Part shown: in pieces, positions 60,001-64,000 of the stretch
How the letters are laid out: each line of letters opens with the position of its first letter
How positions within the stretch are numbered: the first letter of the stretch is position 1
DNA from: Azolla caroliniana
Taxonomy: Eukaryota; Plantae; Polypodiophyta
Reading direction: 5' to 3'
NCBI GenBank assembly: GCA_043228905.1
Contig: JBHGNT010000002.1
Coordinates: forward strand, 28,148,001-28,212,000
Length of the DNA: 64,000 nucleotides
Position numbers and translations under genes: made by a program
The notes under the pieces: model-generated
What the model saw: only the letters and a program-made list of their open reading frames with translations
Databases searched by the model: none
What the model was told of the DNA's origin: nothing

Positions 60001-61557
60001 ATCCCATCAACTCTACATCCGTTGGCCAATAAGTTAACAATCAGTTGCATTTATCAAGCAAATTAACTAGGAGACTTAATTTCTTTCTCCTTTTAAAAGC
60101 ATGGTGAATTCCATAATATCTAGTTAACCTCTGAATATTTGCAACAAATACTTCCCACGCTTCATACCCATCAAATTGAACACGATAGGCAAATGCATCA
60201 ATCAATTGACACATATAGGCATGGAAGATCTCATGATCCAAAAATGATGAATTAAAAATCAACGGTGGTTTTCCTAAAAACTCATGAAAACCTCTAATTG
60301 AGTGGTGATTGAACTCAAAAATTAATGGGAAATGATATGATATAATTGACCCATAAGACACTGAAATATCCAAAATCTCTGGTAAAAAACCTTCGGTATG
60401 CATTACATACATTCGATCCAACCTACTCCAAGTATCCTTATATTGAGCCGATTGAAAGGTATAACCAGGTTCATCTCCCTTGATCCATTTCCATACATCC
60501 CTTAACATGACTTCAGTCTCAAAATCTCCCCATTCTTGAGCCTCTGGTCCATCCATAATAGAGTGGATAGATGTTGATTGATCTGTCTCACAACAAACAT
60601 TAAAATCTCCCATCAATAAACCCGGTCTACCATTATGAAGCACTGAGTTTAGAGATCTCCATAACAACTTTCGTTCTTGTGAAACATTTGATGCATACAC
60701 ACCAACTAACCAAATAGCTTGCCCTTCATAACATATCTCTACCACAATAAATCTTCCAAATTCATATGAAACAATTACTTTTGGGTGAAATTTATCTCTT
60801 ATAAACATGACAATCCCAGAATAATCCCCATGAACCTTGCCAGCATAACATAATGTATAACCCTTAGAGTAACTAATTAAACTAGCATTCCGATGATCTT
60901 TATGCTCTACTGCACATAAAACATCCCATTGATCACTTAACACAATCCTCCAAACCTCATGCATTCTAAATCTAGAACACAATCCCCTCACATTCCATGT
61001 GGTGATCTTCATACTTTATTTTTTCCTTTTATTCGAGAAATCTCCTTCTCCTTCACTGCTAATGTTTCTGCCATATCCTGAAATAAATCCCCTAAGATTG
61101 CATATGAATTACTATGGGAATGCAAAACTCCAGACCCCGATGGCTCCTCATGTGAACGAGGCACCGATTTCCGTTTATTCCAAGGAACATACCAATTACC
61201 TTTATTACCAAAAGATAATTTCTTTGGATAGTCCTCTTGACGAGCCCATGGTTTATTCCGGGTGGGATGTGTCGGTGTGACCTTCTCCATAGATACATTA
61301 TGCCCAACATTTTTATTAGACTTCTTCATCTTTCCAGAAACTATTGACCATTGTCCTTCATCCTCTAGAGTCTTTCCATCCTTCTCATTCACAATTTGTG
61401 GTTCCTTTGTTTGCTCTGAAATTGTCAAATCTTGAATCTGATCATGAGTTGTAGGCTCTTCATGTACCACTTCCACTACATTATTTCTTTTTGAGGACAT
61501 TCAGCCATAAAATGCCCCAACACACCACAATGGAAACAATGTCCTGCAAATGTATCC
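57034..61557 (-). mobile_element. L1-clade LINE (ORF1 5'-truncated, near-complete ORF2) nested in the hAT
   Basis: ORF1 knuckle CFHCGVLGHFMAEC; endonuclease 60041-61012; RT 57734-60040 in frame after one TGA; zf-RVT 57161-57730; poly(A) at 57034-57051; CT-rich TSD-like CTCTCTCCCCTCT.TGTAGTCTCTCTC on both sides. Confidence 0.93.
57734..61012 (-). pseudogene. L1 ORF2 (AP endonuclease plus reverse transcriptase), disrupted
   Basis: TWNVRGL, MGDFN, SRLDRMY; KSPGWDG, WRPISL, LDIEKAYD, RQGCPVSP. The YADD motif reads LAND; in-frame TGA at 60041-60043. Confidence 0.9.
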
Positions 61558-61612
61558 CTCTATCTCTCTCCCCTCTATGTAGTCTCTCTCTCTCTCTCTC
61601 TCCCCTCTATGT

Positions 61613-61644
<32 letters not shown>

Positions 61645-61701
61645 CGTTTGTGTAGTTCTCCCTCCCTCACTCTCTCTCTCCCATCGTCTGTTTAGTCTCC
61701 C

Positions 61702-61751
<50 letters not shown>

Positions 61752-64000
61752 CTTGTCTGTTGTCTCTCTCCCCCTCTCTCTAAAGTTTATAAACGGCTTA
61801 AACGGTTTAGCCGGCTTGAGCCGGTTTGGCAAGGCTCAAGCCAAGTCGAGCCGAGCTCAAACCGTTAAGGCAAGTTTAAGCCTAAACCGAGCCGAGCCGA
61901 GCCGCCAAGCCGCCAAGCCGTTTTCAAGCCGGCTAAGCCAAACGGTTTAGGCTTGAGTCGAGCCGTTGCCGATCCCTAGTATCAAGGGCTTCTGGACCAA
62001 TGTTTTATATGTATGCATTGTGGGCAATTAGGGAAAGATTGTCCTCGGAAAAGTTTTCGATCAGAGGAGGCCTCTAAATCGACTTCCAAGGTGGGGAGAT
62101 CCAATTGGACTCCAATAACATCTAAGCATAGTTTTAAACATTTTAACTCACCGGTCAATTCTATAGTTTTGTTTGATTGTAATCCGTACAATACTTTGAA
62201 TAGCGATGAAGGTAGGAATATCTCCTCCCAAAATATTGTAAGGGAAAAGAATAAACTTGTTGAAATACAGAGTCCAACAACCTCGAAGCAAGATCAGGAA
62301 GTCGTAATGATTAAAGAAAGTAAGGATAACCATCATAAGTTTGAGGGTTCGTCTATTGGGCAATCTAAAGGTAATCAATTGGGGGATAAACCCTAAACCC
62401 TAAACCTGGAGCCTCAGGACAAGGGGCTACAAGCTGACTGTTCGGGGGTTGCCATGGATTGTGAAAAACAATTACCTTTAGTAATTTATGAGGAGGATCC
62501 ATCAAAATAAAAACCTCTCTCGCCATTAAAAACGATGGTTTCCCAAGGCATTAATGATTTTTCCTTTTCGGCAGTAACTCTAGTTCCAGAGGATAATTCT
62601 ACATTGGAAAAAGTTATGCCAGTTCGTGCACATAAATATTCTGGTAAAGATATGATGACAATGAGAAGACAATTACGAGTTGCTGATGAAGGAAAACGTA
62701 GAGTAGTTTTGGCAGGAAAAATGACACTTTCATAACACCAACTTTTTAATAATGGACGTTTTAAATTTAATCTCATGGAATGTGCAGGGATTAGGAGGTA
62801 GTCGGTTTCGAAGAATGAGAGGGGGTTTTAGACAGGAGCTGAAAAAGCCTTATGTAGGTCCAATAGATGTGCTCATTATTTAGGAGCATCATTTAGGGGA
62901 ACAACGTCTCTTAAGATATGGGAACCTTCTCCTTGGGAGGTGGCAACATTTTTGGTTGCCGGCTTTTGGACCGAATGATACTCAGGGGGTTTTATGTATT
63001 GCGGTTTCACATGTAAGTACGTTAGGATCATTACCAAATAAAAGAGCACAATATGTTGTTTTTCAAATAAGCGAGATTAAGTGGGGTTTGCTTAATCTTT
63101 ATGCGCCAAATTCAGAGGTAGCGAGGTCTCGTTTTTTGACTGAATTTTTTCACAAATACCTTAGATTGACCATTGGGCATTAGTTGGGGATTTTAATATG
63201 TTAGAGGATGTGTAAGACAAGCAAGGTGGTAGTTTACGCATTATCTCTGGATCAGAATTTAGGGAGTGGGAAAGACTAGTATGTATGTCACTACGTTTGG
63301 TTGATCTTTGGTTAGTGCAATCCTTTAGTAGATTGCCGGAGATTGGCAGGTGTCAACCTTTCTCGTTTGGATAGGTTTTATGGGGATGCTTTTATGTGGA
63401 ATAGAGGTGATCAATTAGGAATCATACTTGGTTGTTCTTTTTCTAATCATTCACCTCTTAAGTTAAAATTCTTTTTATCATCGACAAAAAGGGCTAGTAG
63501 ATTTAGAATCCCTAATTCCGTTTTTCTTAGAGAAGATTGTAAAGATTTTTTTCAAAGTATTTGGTCTCGTTATCATTATGATGTGGATGTTATCTTGATT
63601 AATGTGGTACATGTGTTGAAGGAAATTCAAGATTTTTTTCAAAGTAAAGCAAAAGCTTTGTACCTTGATTATGATTCCAAGATTGGAAGATATAAGCGAG
63701 CTTTGACAGCACTACAACATTTGCAACAAAGGTGGCCTAGGTCGGTAGATTTAGCCGCGAGAATTATTGAAGTTGGGAAAACAGTTATTGATATACAATT
63801 GCAGAAGTCAAATTTTTGGTATCATAAATCCTTTGCAAGATGGATTAGACAAGCTGATATGGTTTGTAAAGAGTTTTTTCAACCTCATCGTATTAAATCA
63901 AATAAGTCTCAACCGACAAGTATTAGACGAGTTGATGGATCTTTTACATTGGATGTGGTAGAGATGAGGGACATAGCATCAACTTTTTATAGTCATTTGT

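Larger units (their letters stand above)
56660..61978. mobile_element. Non-autonomous hAT DNA transposon (about 0.8 kb without its nested LINE)
   Basis: TIR TAGGGATCGGCAACGG / CCGTTGCCGATCCCTA; 8-bp TSD GTATCAAG (56652-56659, 61979-61986); dense AAACCG/CGGTTT/GAGCC subterminal repeats; CT-rich core. Confidence 0.93.
55996..64000 (+). mobile_element. Decayed L1 LINE (ORF1 and ORF2 endonuclease onward), split by the hAT insertion and running off the window
   Basis: ORF1 DUF4283-like (GSRPNRPELRRML...FMGKGW); YQG is split at 56659/61987 and resumes with knuckle QCFICMHCGQLGKDCP. Endonuclease motifs SWNVQG, LNLYAPN, VGDFN, SRLDRFY, SNHSPL after about 62750. Confidence 0.85.

Noticed and set aside
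62388-62406. Telomere-like AAACCCT repeats (also TAACCC pairs at about 36767 and 39318)
   Set aside because: Only 2-3 units inside TEs; not an interstitial telomere array.

Overview
AT-rich land-plant nuclear DNA; the TE lineages suggest a seed-free plant such as a fern (inference). Host genes: a 12-exon kinesin-13 (888-8067), an intronless A1 aspartic protease (10864-12408), and a co-oriented cluster of four intact DUF538 genes plus one pseudogene (20.1-54.2 kb) spread apart by transposons. The rest is largely nested mobile DNA: L1 and RTE-like LINEs, a Tcn1/chromovirus-like Ty3 remnant, a rearranged tRNA-Trp-primed Ty3 complex holding a non-autonomous LTR element and a solo LTR, a tandem TRIM array, and a hAT element inside one L1 that itself carries another L1. 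Two things stand out. First, two unrelated LTR-derived structures have their outer LTRs inverted, giving TGT...ACA termini flanked by 4-bp repeats, a Ginger-like layout. Second, a candidate -1 ribosomal frameshift cassette (G GAT TTT TAG, 6-nt spacer, possible pseudoknot, open -1 frame) lies after the protease of the Trp-primed Ty3. All calls are by eye; no database searches were run.
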